This document shows, piece after piece, positions 13,007 to 26,711 of a stretch of 64,000 nucleotides of DNA; within the stretch, counting starts at the first letter, position 1; each line of letters starts with the position of its first letter. Made by a program: the position numbers and the translations under genes. Source of the stretch: Psilocybe cubensis (Eukaryota); NCBI GenBank assembly GCA_017499595.2, contig CM039009.1:2418001-2482000 (forward strand). Direction: 5' to 3'. The notes under the pieces were generated by a model, which was not told the origin of the DNA, did not search any database, and saw nothing but the letters and a program-made list of their open reading frames with translations.

Positions 13007-14576
13007 GTTGATGTTAACGATGTTGAATATGTGAGAGAGAAGTACTGGGGTTGTATTTACTCGCTGATCCTGGTCTTGTTTTATAGGTGAATTGAGGGTC
13101 AGGTGCGTTCAACATTTCGCTTCGATCCCCATGCTCAGGGCTACATTACACAGCGTTTTCGAAGATGGTCCATGCTTCAATAGGTCTGTTCAAGACCGTG
13201 GAAAGGCCCAGTGTAGGTATCTTGTTGGTTACGGAAGACCAGTATGTCAATGATCGAATAGAATCAAATAGAACCATTATACAAGCTGTTCTATCCGATG
13301 CCAGTTGTCACTTATCCCCACTTACATAACATACCCTTACAATGGCTGCACCCCGCACTACACCATCCAAATTGATTCTGTTATTGTACCTACCAAAAAG
13401 AAAACGTCACCGGTGACCATCCAATGTTCATTACTGGCTATGCACTCTTGATGCAGGGTTTTGAGCCACGCCGCAGTGACTCATGTCTAACATCTTTTCA
13501 TTTCTACGTAGTTCTATTTCTTGCATTGAGATTGTATACACGATGGGATTTTATCAATGATTGAACTTGAAACTGTTGAACTCTTTGATACTGATGATCC
13601 TGATGTGGTCCGTGCGCGCAGAGCTCACTATCCTCACCTGAAATAACTGCCTGTGCACATTTCAGTAACTTAGGCATTTTCTGACTACACTGTGGTAACG
13701 CACCCTGTTCTTGATTGTAAGCGAATGTGTCCATTCATTCGAATGCCTGACAAGAATCTTACCCAGAAGCACGGAATAGAGAAATGGAAGGAGTGCGACC
13801 GAATAACAGCGAATAACAAAGGCATAGAGAACAATTCATCCTGACTTCTTTACGTGAATTTTTGTAACCTCGTTTTTCAAGATAGCAAATGTGGGACAAT
13901 ACATAAACATGATCTGGCTCTATGAAGAGCCTAATTCGCTTCACTGCTTCGGAGGCTTCGGAGGAGAAAATTCGTCTTTTGTTGCAAAATATACTGTTTT
14001 CAACCCCCGATAGAGAACTTCGTTGATTAGCCGTTTGTATTTCCACGTTCCTTGATTACTGAGATGTAATATTAATGAAATCGGTTCCACAACTGGTAAC
14101 ATGCGGAACTCGGGGACAAAGATCCCTCTGACCCGTTGATAAGACAGTAGATCACGATTCCAAGCGCAGAACAATGCCGTCACATGGCATTGTATGTGGG
14201 GTTCGAAGAATAGCCTACAGGGAATCGACGCCTACCCCCCGAATAGTGAGCGAATATCATAGGTACACGTGTCGAGAGCTTTCATGGAGGCGTTCTTAAG
14301 CTGAGGTTGCACCAGTATTCAGCAATCGCGACACATGAAGAAATCAAAATTTAAATCATAAGTTGATAAAGAAACCTTGTTAAGAGGAAAGGAGGCCAGC
14401 AATGTCCACCGACTCGAAACACATTCCCTGAGACTTCTAAATATAAGCGCTCGGCTTTATGACACCGCCGAGATTTAGATTTACTTTATAATGTATTTCT
14501 GCGAATTCATATACGTTATAAGCCACCGAATACAAAAGATAAGGAGCCTTGTCCCATCATCCCTTGGCTATCTACC

Positions 14577-15598
14577 ATGACAGAAATCACCTTTGCTAGC
14601 ATCGATATTGCCAGCGACTTCAGAGCGCTCAATTTTATATCCAGTGATCTTGGAGAACACGTCTATCTTCTGCTCGTTTTTGATGCACCAAACGGTGGAA
14701 CCCTATATAAAGATTTATTCCCTGTTTGTTGGAGTAAGACGTCGCCCTCTAACTCACTCTGAACGATGGCACTGATGTAGTACATTAGAGGTACTGTCCT
14801 TTAGCCAATCTGGTATAAACGCAGCCACTGTAGAGTATACAGCCGATACCGGATTTCTTGTGCCACAAGTTGCGTCATTGTTGTGTTGTGCAGCCTGTTT
14901 CTCACCCACTTTCCCTCTAGACGAGCACAGGAAACCTGGTCTCCGCCTCAAACGCACAAAGATGCCAGGTAGTGTACAACCAATCTTTCGTCATCGGGAT
15001 GGTGTTCACATCATCTATAAATGTTTAGATCGGACAAATATGCACGCTTAAGACCAATGATTCCAATGGTCAAAACTACCTTACCTCACCAGAGGAGGGT
15101 GATCCAGACGTCATACAGTGCCGCATGATGACCGCTACCGCAGCAGATCTCGGTGTGGTAGGTAGAAGCCATTGATTATCCTGATATCCATTAAATCACT
15201 AACCATCCGGAGTAGGGGCTTATTACGAAGGCTGGCACGAAGATTGAACCCCTTTTTCTGTGGAATGATATAGGGTACGGTTTTTTAAAAATCTGAAAGC
15301 TTCTCTAACTTAATGCTCCACACAATAGGAGGACCAGCACCCTTGCCATCAAGCTGAAACCGATGCTCAAGATATATGCTGTATCCGACGCCACAGGTAT
15401 AGCAGTTGCCTTCAATTTTTGTTGTCTTTCTCTGATGTTAAGCGTTATGCAGATTTCGTTGGAGGAAAACTGATTAAAAGCGCCTTCCGCACAGCCCCGG
15501 TACTCGAAATAAATTTAATCTCCCTCACGACTTTCACAGAGTGGCAGGTCTATATTAATCCCAGTACAAAAGCGATAGAGATAAAGCAGATCGACTAG
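14577..15598 (+). CDS. Family paralog G, intact 7-exon gene
   Basis: MTEITFASIDIASDFRALNFISSDLGEHVYLLLVFDAP...FPVCW|RVLSF...VPQ|TSTGNLVSASNAQRCQ|IGQIC...|GLITKAGTKIEPLFLWNDIG|RTSTLAIKLKPMLKIYAV...|...EWQVYINPSTKAIEIKQID*. Confidence 0.92.
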
Positions 15599-18017
15599 TC
15601 CGCATCGAACGCCCCGTTTGTACGGATCCTACCCAACACAATAGTAGGATTACATGTGCACAGGCACAATACTTTACTAAAAATGAGGTGGACCTTAGCA
15701 CAAAGTATATACAATGGTTTTCGAAACCGAGATTGTGAAATCAAAACCAGCCGTTTACAAGTGAAGTCCATAAAACTGTTAGTTTTGACCCTGTGGAATA
15801 TTGAGAGTCATGGACGAGGTTCAAGACGCGTGAATAATATATGATAATCGAAGATGTAGAGGGAGAATACTTTGTATAGGAGGGTAGTTCTATGACAGGA
15901 GAATGACCACAAAACCTGTAATTGAAAGATGCGCCCGAGAAGTTTGGGAGCGATGGAGATTAAATGTTGCATTGTATCCGCGGTCGGCCAAGGCCGCCGT
16001 GGTGAGATAGAGGGTCACATGCAAAAAAATGCCTCAGATGGCGATAGTGAAAGAACAGTGTAAACATGTGTAACGTCCATGTGTCCACTGGGGATAGAGC
16101 AATGCACACGAGAGATACAGCAGCTGAAGGAGGCATGGAGTCCCAGAAAACCAGTTGCACAGCATATTCATGATCTGCATGGAGTGCTGCGCGTTCATAA
16201 CATATTCCAAAAGTCCATAATAGCCCTTTGTAGTCCATATATGAGATGGGGAACGAGCACGGTATGTCTCAATGGATGGAGATGGTCGAAATGGGCGGCA
16301 GAAATTCCATCTCCAGTATTGACAAGGTGTAAAAGATGTTCAAAGACAGAAACTCGGAGGGATACCTATGCCCTAGATCACGATGCGAGGAAATATGTTG
16401 CTTCAATCTGTAGGGTTGCATTTGAGGCTTTCTAAGAAGAACACCGCGAATTGTCGACTCGCGTTGATAGAGGCTCCTAACTTCTTCAAATTCGTGACGA
16501 GAATGGCGAATGCCATAGCTAGGGCTTTGTCGTCGTCATAATCATCGTAGAAGGGGCCCTCGTTGTGAGTCTGACAGAACACGGATGGGTGAATGACACC
16601 GTTTGGTCGTGTAAAATGGTGACGCAGACTGCGCTCGGTGAATTTTGCATGTCTAGGGGTTAGATGCGTACTGAACGATACATTGACTCTCTCACTGCAG
16701 GGAAAAAGTCTTCCTTTTTATCCATTAATTTCCCCTCATAGTTTCTCGTAGTATGTGCGTGAAGAGGCAGAAGAAGAAGAAGAAGAAGTGGTGGTGGTGG
16801 TTATCAAGTTATCAACGAAAATGTTCGGACCTGACCGGGAGCGCAGTCAATTAGGTAATCAATCGGCAATTAAAAGTTTGACACTCCGAAGGTCTCTGCC
16901 GACCGCCAATCTGGCTCTCACCTCCAATGGAAATGTTCTGACGGGTGACTACTTCTAAGTTAATTCCATTTTTTCCAAGATTCTAAAAGATTTTATTTGG
17001 TATTACAAAGCACTGTTGTGAGTGTTAAGCTTGACAAGCGGTTACCTCTCAAGTTCTATTATTCGGACGCGGAGAAAGGTTTAGATAATCCAACGGTCGC
17101 ATTCGATTGCTGCATCGCAGCGTGCGGTTAGTAATCCTAATCGACAGCGAGTTAGCTTGTTTTCATCAAGTAGACATTCATTTTCGATGCGAGCACCGCC
17201 CCCCAACGCGTGTGAGAGCTGATTAACACCTATCATTAAAAATAGACTCTTTGTCTCCGGAGTTTTCAAGTTGCGGTGGGGGTGGTGCTACAAAATTACC
17301 ACATTCAGTGATGACACCAGAATTAACGCTTAGATGTTTTTCTGTCTGAAATCTAGTGTCCCAAGCATCCCCTGTGCTGGATATCGCCCATAAAGCGCAT
17401 CTATGATGCATATTATGGTTTTGTGCTGATTCGGTGACTGCACAACATGCACAAGCCGTTACCATGGTTTGAAATCACTCTTAAGTCTTACCTGTACCAC
17501 ATTTTACATACATAACCATTTAACGGAACTTGAATAGACCCTATGGACGCTGTGGGGTAAACATCGGAGACGGGAAAATGACACCACCGAGAAGAAATCA
17601 TTATCCAAAGCGTGCCTATTCATTCCTAAATCAGTATGCCGAGGACATGCCGTTGCCAATTAAGCCACCCCTCAGGATCTTCCCAAAGTCGAATCTAAAA
17701 GTAACCTCCGCATCTCATAAAACGCCGTGTACAAATAATGCGTAAATCTGAATATACTGAATGCCACAATGTCTAGTTTTCAATGTGGTGGGAAACGTGC
17801 ACAATCAGCGCGTGGGTAACAGTAGACATGACTTTGGTATTGCAATGAATCCGATGCATGTACCAATAGAAACTGAACAGTTGCTTATCTACCACAAGAT
17901 CCACAACTACAGCTTGTAGAAGTATATAAAGGCTATCTAGCAGCCACATATACCAGACTCGCAACAACTGCTTGATTCTCCAGTTACCCAAAGCTCAGTT
18001 TTATCGCACTTCCTACA

Positions 18018-18832
18018 ATGTCAGCACCTACTAGCCTTGTTCCCGGAAACTACGTCATCTTTGCAGAGGACCCCAGCAACACCGTTAAAACAGGAACACT
18101 CGTCAATGGGCGATCCAACTTTGCAGTTACATGCCCCTTGTCCAGCGGAGGAAACTGCACCATCACCACCCTCGCTACAACATCTAGCGCCTCCCCCACT
18201 CAGATCGTCAGTCTACCCACTGTCCATCTCTAAGTAGAATGTGCTACAGTATGATCTCACACTTCTCACACTATCACAGTGGCTCGTCACCGGAGATGGT
18301 ATGATCCTCTCCAAATCCTCATCCACCGGCCAACTTGCGCAAAGCCCGACATTCTACATGAGCTACAGCAACAATTCACCCAACATCGTCACTACAAGTG
18401 CACCAGCATCACCAGCACCCACCACAAAATTCGTGGCTCAAGTCTCTCAGTGTGTATCGTCTTCTCAGCCTGTTGCTCATGCAGAATTGTGCGGCGAGGT
18501 CTAACATATGTTTCCCCTTTTCTCCTCTGTTACATAGGATGGCTGCATCAAATAAAGGGGATACGACCACCTACCTCGCAACTCTTATGACAACCGATCT
18601 CACTGACCAGTTCTGGACTGTTGATGACTTGGTAAGGCTTTTCTCCATCATAAATTTCAAGGATACAAAAGCTCATACCACATCTTTCCGAATTTCAGCA
18701 AAACAATGACATCGTGCGTCTTTTCTATGCCATTTCACCCATGCAGGGAGCATATCAGGCTAACACGCCACATTCCAGGTCAAAGCCAACACCGCACGCA
18801 GCGCCAAGAACTGGGTATTCGTACCTGTCTAA
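18018..18832 (+). CDS. Small cytoplasmic beta-trefoil (ricin-B/CCL2-like lectin or protease-inhibitor-like) protein
   Basis: Five-exon model: MSAPTSLVPGNYVIF...NFAVTCP...SPTQI|WLVTGDG...|...DQFWTVDDL|QNNDI|VKANTARSAKNWVFVPV*. GNYVI start, QxW motifs, terminal WVF and no signal peptide match mushroom single-domain beta-trefoils. 15-nt micro-exon at 18699-18713; TATA near 17924. Confidence 0.7.
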
Positions 18833-19421
18833 ACTGGCGCAAATTTCACATAGGATGATTCCTCTGCGTTTTGTTTGGAGATTTTGAAAAAATTAAAGAA
18901 ACATATCTCGCGTACTTCGAATATATTACCAAATAAAAGTCAAAGTTGGGAATACATTTATTATTGCTTGACATTGGCAAAATACGGTCATGTAAACATG
19001 CGGTAGGTGTGCAGGGACATCAATTACACACGCCGCGATCCTACTCTTAATTAAGAGCAACAAGGAGGTGCGTATCGGCGCTCCTTGAAAATTCACTAGT
19101 GATTTCTTACCAATTAGAAGACGACGCCACTGTGCATCAAGGTGCGTTGGTATCAGATTTTGCGTCGTTATCAACTGTATCCAAAACATGTCAATTCAAT
19201 AAACTCAAAAATGTCCTTCGGAAATGTGTGGCTGAGTAGGAAATGGTACAATCAAACAGATTCAAATCATTTTCTAAACTATACTGGGTCCGAGTGAGCA
19301 TGGAAAACAATGAGCAAGTTTGATGTCAGAAATTGAGCGTGTGTAAATTTCGACATTGACGAGATACATGGTACAGGTTTAACGAGGAGGTCAATTTCAA
19401 ACTCCCTCGAGCAATATACGT

Positions 19422-20411
19422 CTATCCGCGAGCAATTTCAACAGCCTTGCTCGCGGGGTTGATAGACACAATCCACTCTGAGAAATTGGGAAGGGCGATG
19501 AGGTTCTCCTCGAACAGAAGTGGTGAACGGATTTCTCCACGGACAAGTTCGGTTTCTATGGCACATAAAAATACACCGTTAACGGACGAATGATATCATC
19601 AAATCATAGAAAACAAACCTTGATAGTCTGATATAGCGTATATCTTCAACTTCGGGGTTAGCTGGACGGCGAGGGTGCTCCCAACACTGTAAGTAAGCAA
19701 CAATGCAAAATCTGTTAGTGCACGTTGGGCGGTCTGAAGAAATGTATTCGCACCCAACACCGTCCCATTTCAATACAGGCTCAATCTTATTTCCGGTCTT
19801 GTTAAAGAATCCCTGTAGGATCGTGTGGATAAGAATCTGACATTATATCTGTACAGCACGCTTTATGAACTTACAAAGGCGACATCTGCTGGGCGATTAG
19901 TCTGGAAATCGCAGAGAATAACACCAGGGTCTCCATTTACGGCGGGGTTGAGGTAGTTATCTCCTGCATCGTTAGTATTCATAACGCATAGTTGGCCAGT
20001 CTGATAATCCATTGATGAGCTGCACAACCCTCTGTAAAATTGTAACTGGCGTACTTGGCAACGTTGGGCATTGGAAGCGGCAACAAGGTTTCCTGTGTCC
20101 CTCTTGATATAATCATTAACACTGTGACTATATAATACACAGAATCTAAACGTACCTGGGGAACCAGAAGACCGGTGTCGGCAGTGTATTCCACTCTGGC
20201 TGCGCTGATTCCGGAGGGGGTGAACTTAAGAACCTCTGTACAAATAATGAGCCATGACGTATTCATTGACAAGAAAGGACGTACTCCAGCAGACAGGGAA
20301 CAAGTCCTTGTACAATGTACCATTGCTGGGAGGCTCGAACATGAGCATAAGATTAACGTCTTTGCCCAGATCACTGGATGTGAAGTTGAGGCTTCTGGAG
20401 TTTCCGGACAT
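19422..20411 (-). CDS. Family paralog H, intact 7-exon gene (213 aa), close relative of F
   Basis: MSGNSRSLNFTSSDLGKDVNLMLMFEPPSNGTLYKDLFPVCW ... ETELVRGEIRSPLLFEENLIALPNFSEWIVSINPASKAVEIARG*; six GT-AG introns, phases 1,0,0,0,2,1. Confidence 0.93.
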
Positions 20412-23400
20412 TGGTGTTTTCGAATTTGTGGATGGTGAGTTTGGATGATGTTTCTAGTCATTGAATTTGATCTGTCTTTATAGACGGTTGAACGTGACAC
20501 GCGTTGAATCTGTAGCAATGGTTCTTGAAGTCCTTTACCCGCGGTTACATAACAGAACAAAACGTTTGCTGCGCCTCACAATCCACGTTCATGCTCATCC
20601 TACCGGTTTATCTCTGCTACCGAACAAGAAAGAACAGTATATCCACACAGTACGTCCACCTATTCAAATATCCGCAATGCATTTCCGATGAATGGTTTTC
20701 AATTGTACGAAACGAAACAAGTAACAATGGTTGTACCTATCCATAGACACTTCTTTTTCGGGACGCAAATTTAGACAAGGTCACCTTGATACGGTCCGCG
20801 CCCAGTTCCCCGCTTGGAAACTGAGAGCGGCCACGCAGTGCGCGCTCACCCATTCTGTCAATCTTCTGGAACACATGTGACTAATATCTGATCCAGAAGC
20901 ATAAGATTACAATAGAACGACTCCAGGGGCCGAATAATATCGAACAAAAAAGATGTGCAGGTGTAGACATCGACCACTGCATAATTACTTACGTCGGTTC
21001 CGGGGGCATCTACAGTAGATATTGTGAGAATAATATTGCTTAAAGACCTTCATCTCACTCAATCATGGGGAATATATGCTCTAGAGTTTAACTATATCTT
21101 TATCTATACCTTTTTTTCTCCACACGGGGTATTACAGAAATATTTCGTAAACACGTTCGAATTAATTAAATGAACACTCATGTTTCGTAAATGAGGCATG
21201 TTCTGGGGTGAGAAGCCTCTATAATGATTCCCTGACTACTGTCATCTTTGAACTAAAATGGACTTCACATTCTTGCTCAGGGACACTGGATGATTGACAT
21301 AATAAGACTGTGCCCTGACCAATGTGTATAGGATCCTGCAAAAATCTGATCAATTCAAAAGAGCGGTGAAGTATGTCAACCGACATGAGAATTATGCACT
21401 GAACCGACTAAGCACAGCTCCTCGTCATATACATTGGTCAACGCGGCTGAAAAAGCGCATTTTTCCATTCATCACTACGATGTTTGGTCTGCACTCAGGC
21501 TCGCTGTTTAGATCCCACCTTGAATACTACCAGACCGTTTTCAACCTTTCGAATATGATCGGAGTCATTGGAGCGCTTTCAAACCTTCAAGCGCCTCGTA
21601 CAGACTGATGAGAGCTATATTGATGCTTTGGGGATCATAGAGACGACTTACAACGTAAAATGAATGATTAGCATTTATCCAGCGCATCCCTTTGGAATGA
21701 GGTCCGCAACTCCGAAATTATGAAGCTACAAGAAATGACTATGAGAACTTCAATTTGAACGTTATCCTAGTTATAGGATAGATACCTTTCGAATTCTCAG
21801 AACATAGATGATAGTTGAATCATCATCACAAGGTTTTGAGCGGTGTGTCCTATCAAGTGCTTCCTGGCCCGAGCGCGACCTGTTCGTAAGCGGTCGGCTG
21901 ACAAATCAATAAAACGTGACCGATCAGTTACCTGGCAACGTTCTGGACTCATCCATCTCTTCCCGCATGGCATATTCAACTTCACAAATTGAAATTTTCA
22001 CTAATTAAAAGTGCTCCCTGTACTCCACATCCATTGACGCATGCCTGAGGTCATCACCGCCAGAATTATCACGCTGGATTCTTGGAGGTTCATCGAACAC
22101 ACTTGAATGTATACATTGTACCACCACAAACCACATCCATATCTGCGTTACACCAACCCAAATATTCTCCTGTCATCTCCGGTATGCGCGCGCATTCTGC
22201 TAACAATGATGCTCACTGCACCAGGTGATGCGATCACACAACGGACTTTTAACTGACTAGTCGGCCCGGATTTCAAGCTGCCCTCGGTAACTTCCTGGTT
22301 ATTCTCAATTAGCCTGCTTGTTTCACTTTTCTGTCTAGCTGCATACCTTTGGCCATAAGTGAGTCCCCTCAGTAGTTGAATCACGCGGTGCAACTATCGG
22401 CTTGCACAAGAGAAGATACGGTGAGAATAGCGGTTTTGTGATTTTCATTGTTAAACAGTAGTGTTTTGATTCTTCTGTCAAGCGGATATGAAGAGAAGCT
22501 GGCTGGTCCAAAACAATGCTCAAGGATGCAGTATTTATACCCCCAAAACCGCCATTTTTTGAGAGTTTGGACATAACCGGACTTTTTATTCTGAGACAGA
22601 CTCTATGGATAATTATCAGTGCTAAGTCTGTCGAGACTTCCATTTTCAGTCACTCATTGGCTTTATAAATTCCACTGTAGTAATTTGGATAGATGAACAA
22701 TCATACTTAAACTGAACATCAATCAAACCCTTTTATTCTTGCAACCAAACATGAAGCAAACCGACCTCAGAAAGAGGGGAAGAGTCTCGGACATTATGGT
22801 AATGAATTGTCTGTGAAAGAACATTTACTAGTCGTTTATAGGATGGTAAAATGGCGACGGAGAGGTATTCTGTAGGTAAAGACGGTAGCTGGCCGATGCC
22901 GCGTGGCGAACCGTGGGAAGCGTGGCTTGTCGCCTGCACGAGCTCATAGCGCAAAAGCGCTTATAGAGCGACAATGATCATGAAGCCTGTTGTCAAACCG
23001 GTGTGTTACATACATTGTGTGTAAATCCATCGTAGAAGGTTTGGTCCCGCAGCCATTTCATTTAGATCATGAGCTTTTACATTCAGTTGTTATTGATACT
23101 CTGCTTAGAAGACTCTTTACTGGTCCTTTCTGATCGAATGTTGACTTACAGTTCGAAAGCTTGGTGCATTGAGGCTTTTAGAACAGGCAAACCACAATCC
23201 CCGGTGATTAATGCCTGTATTATAGAAAATATCTTTGATTTCCGTCAGGCTTGTGCCACTAGGGGAGTCGAAGAATAGAGTAAAGAGTGCTAGTCCACAC
23301 ATTAGGACAGTGTGGTCAAGTACAGAACGCTTCTAAGTTTCAGTAGCTTATACGATAAATTTAGTTCATCAAAGTGTTCACCTATATAATAGGGATACAT

Positions 23401-23476
23401 CCAATCATTTCATCCATTCCAGCATTCATCTGTTTTAGTACCGTGCTGAACATTCACAAGCAACAACATACCGGCC

Positions 23477-24176
23477 ATGTTATTGAACACTATCTTGAAG
23501 AGTGGACTCACACTCGTATTGTGCTTCTTGAGCTTCGGCGCCGAAGCTGCATCCACCGCTCCCGGGACATCTCCGGTTTGTTATTCCTCTTGGGATAGAT
23601 ACAGTGTTACTAATTCAATTTTTCAGTCTGCACCGAAATCCAAATGTGCAGACCCCAAGCTAACTGCTAGATATGTGACCTTCTGGGATGCCGGTCGCAC
23701 CACGCACGTAGTCGACCAACGCTGGCAATTCGTCAACAACGTTGTACCGGCCAATGCTGGGGAATGGACTTTCCAAGGGGACAATTTTTGCGCCTGGCCA
23801 TCGGCGGAGGACTCCACAGTCCCAGTGTATTTATTTATCAACCCTTCTACATTGGACTATCAGTATGTTCTCTCCACGGACGGCTCTGTCCCCGCGCCAA
23901 GTGGACTTGCGAACAATGGTATTAGGGCATACATGTACGCAAAGGAGAAAAAGGACTGTGGAACTGTCCCACTGTACGAACTTTCAAATCCTAACGTCGG
24001 TGATCACTGGTACACTATTTTTGAGCGGGAGAGGGATTCCCTCCTTGCTTTGGGATCTGGGTGGGTTGATGAAGGCATCTTTGCTCATGTGCTTCCTTTG
24101 AAGCGTAGGTGATCTACACATACATTTATTTACATACTAACCAAATATCTGTCCAGACTGCAACTCCAGGTATTAA
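23477..24176 (+). CDS. Secreted protein with DUF5648-like repeats
   Basis: Hydrophobic signal peptide (MLLNTILKSGLTLVLCFLSFGAEA); repeat motif TVPLYELSNP..GDHWYT...ERDSLL...GWVDEGI, with an earlier degenerate TVPVYLF repeat. Probable in-frame 51-nt intron 23576-23626 and terminal intron 24105-24156 giving ...LKHCNSRY*. Confidence 0.8.
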
Positions 24177-24527
24177 CACAGTATGGTAAATATGGTAGTG
24201 TTGAAAGGGAGAATATCAGGCCGTCTCATGTTCTGAATTTGTTTGTGTTGCACTCAATGAAGTTGATGTGCGAAATATAGACCCTTTTCTTCCATTTCAA
24301 GTGGATATTATTATCTAAAACTTGAATTAAATTTCAAGGTTCTGTAAGAAGTAAGGCTTAAATGTCTTAGAAAGTCTTCATATGTCGCCTCATTGCCTGA
24401 AGAGTCTCGGTTTCCGTACGCTGGCCCGAGCGCGCGAATGACCTTCCAAATCCGTTCACAGCAATTCTCGGCTGATTAAGTAAGCCTCAAGGCTCAAACC
24501 ACGTTTCTGATTCTTGACTCGTTCATC

Positions 24528-25001
24528 AGGCCCCGGGAAGCTCCCCTACAGGCGTATCCCCGCCGGACCCAAAATATTTGTCTGAAATCCGCGAGATTTT
24601 GGGTCTCCAATCCGCGAAACCGGACGGTCATTTTGCCAAGACCTTCCTATTTAGGTAATTCCTCTCACCCTCGGACGGAGTCAAAGGAGCAAAAAAAAAG
24701 GCGCAAAAAATTCTACAGCTTTTTTCAAGCAGTCTTTTTCACTGTTCTTCTGTTTTTGGCAGTCAGAAAGCGTTTATGTCCTCACAAGGAAACTAATTTT
24801 TGTCCATATTTGGCAGCGCGCCCTATTTGCCGGCCAGACCAGCCGCCCATGCAGATTCTTCTCCTCAAATCCGCAGTGCCCCGGTCAAAGGTAGGCCTCC
24901 GGACCTCTCAAATCCGCGAAAAACGGACAGTAAAATGCTATTTTCTCAGGTCTCAAATCCGCGAAAAGTCGATACGCCCCTAGGGGAGCTTCCCGGGGCC
25001 T
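24528..25001. mobile_element. MITE with 8-bp TSD (hAT-like), 474 bp
   Basis: TIRs AGGCCCCGGGAAGCTCCCCTA..GGCGTATC / GATACGCC..TAGGGGAGCTTCCCGGGGCCT; TSD CGTTCATC (24520-24527, 25002-25009); subterminal AATCCGCG repeats. Confidence 0.9.
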
Positions 25002-25720
25002 CGTTCATCTCTCAGTCTCGCTTTTAGCTTTCATCTCTACTAGTTGTCCAAGGTGTCTCAAACCGACATTCCCTGCTGACGGATGTCTTTTGTTTGTATG
25101 CCTCCATGCTATTAAGAGAAATTTCTGCTCTACATCCCCTTTCCTCAACGGTGGCCTCAACGTTGTGCTACGACCTGCCTACGTTCTTCGCAAGTCACCA
25201 ACCATAAGCACATCAAAATCTCTGCAATATAATACTCTCACGCCCATTCTCTGAGTCGACATCCAAACCTGCAATTTACTGCGTGACGTGTCACGTTGAC
25301 GGAACTTACATCAACGGAATGTACACCGGTGTATGGGCTTGATGGGGACTGGGTATGAAGGATCATTGTTTATCTTAAGAAATTGGATCATTTCAACAAA
25401 ACGTTTGATTGACTGTGAGCAAGTGCGTGAGTGGTTGTGATCTGGCCGTCGCTCGCTCGCTTGCCATTGTACTCGCTATCTCTATGGATCCTTCAGCCCC
25501 AGGATCCCTCAGTCAGAACCCAGTCATTTGTATTCGTGGTTAGTGAGACTCATGGACACAGAGCATCCCATGGTTAGACTCCATAACAGATTGAGATGGT
25601 TACAACAGACACTGTTATTTCATTACAAGAAAGAGGGTTTTGGTAATATGCAGACCCGTACCAACATCGACGACAAGGTCAAAGCTACTCATTGACAAAT
25701 TTCTCTCCCATGATATACGT

Positions 25721-26711
25721 CTATGCACGCTCAATAGTGACTTCTCCGGTCCCACTGTCAATGGACACAACCCACTGAGAGGAGCTAGGGAGATCGTCGA
25801 GGTCCTGTTCAAGGATAACAGTCGATCCTATTTTTCCTCGAATTATTTGTTTCTCTATACATGCGTTCATGAAAGGTGTGAATTAGATGTTCCATAGCAG
25901 CATATTGTAATATACTGACCGTGATAATCGTGCTCTGCGAATACCTTCAACTTGGGCGTAAATTTAAGGGAAACTGTATTGCTAACGCTATAATTCAGGT
26001 TCGAAACAAGGACCGTCAGTGGTTTAATAAACTATGGGTTTGTAGTAATCATACCCGACTTTATTCCAAAACATGAGTGGTTCAACCGTGCTTCGGGTTC
26101 CACTGAGAGTGCCCTTGCGTAAACATGCTAAGCCTACATATCATGAGTCTGTAGCAATCTTGAAACGTACAAAGCCGACGCTCGACGGCTGACTGGTATT
26201 AATCTCGCATTGCATCGAATTTGGATTTCCCTCAACCGCTGGGTTGAGAAAGTTCATGCCTTCATCGTCAGTCTCCATAACGCACTTTCCCCCAATCTAA
26301 AAAAGACCATAAGTGTTACAGATAACCAAAGAGTTTAATTTTTAAAATTTGCACATCAATGCGTTTGTAGTCGATAGAAAAAACATTATCCCCGCCAGCT
26401 GTCTTTTATGCCTATGTCAATACTACAGATAAAAGATTGCAACAGATTTTAACACACCTGAGGGACAAAAAATGCGCCTTCTGCGGTATAACGGACAGAG
26501 GCTTGGCTAGCTCCAGCTGCACTGAAAGTGAGAACCTCTGCAGGACAGAGATATGAATAGTTATCTGGATCGATATAAGATAAACGAACGTACTCCAGGC
26601 CACTGGAAATAAGGACTGGTACAGGGAACCATCGTTGTGTGGTTCGAAAACGAGTACCAAGGTGACATCTCTGCCTAATTCGTTGGAGGAGAAGTCGAGA
26701 GTTTTGGACAT
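25721..26711 (-). CDS. Family paralog I, intact 7-exon gene
   Basis: MSKTLDFSSNELGRDVTLVLVFEP...FPVAW|RVLTF...VPQ|TAGGDNVFSIDYKRID|IGGKC...VGF|GTLSG...WNKVG|VSNTVSLKFTPKLKVFAEHDYH|EKQIIRG...VTIERA*. Exon 3 needs the AAG acceptor, which gives the conserved 16-codon length. Confidence 0.88.

Noticed and set aside
15960-16730. Possible minus-strand gene relic
   Set aside because: Coding-like stretches are broken by stops; no consistent splice model or recognisable domain.
21324-21760. Helical protein-like ORF fragment (ILQKSDQFKRAVKYV...)
   Set aside because: Could be a decayed exon, but no start, complete model or family could be supported.
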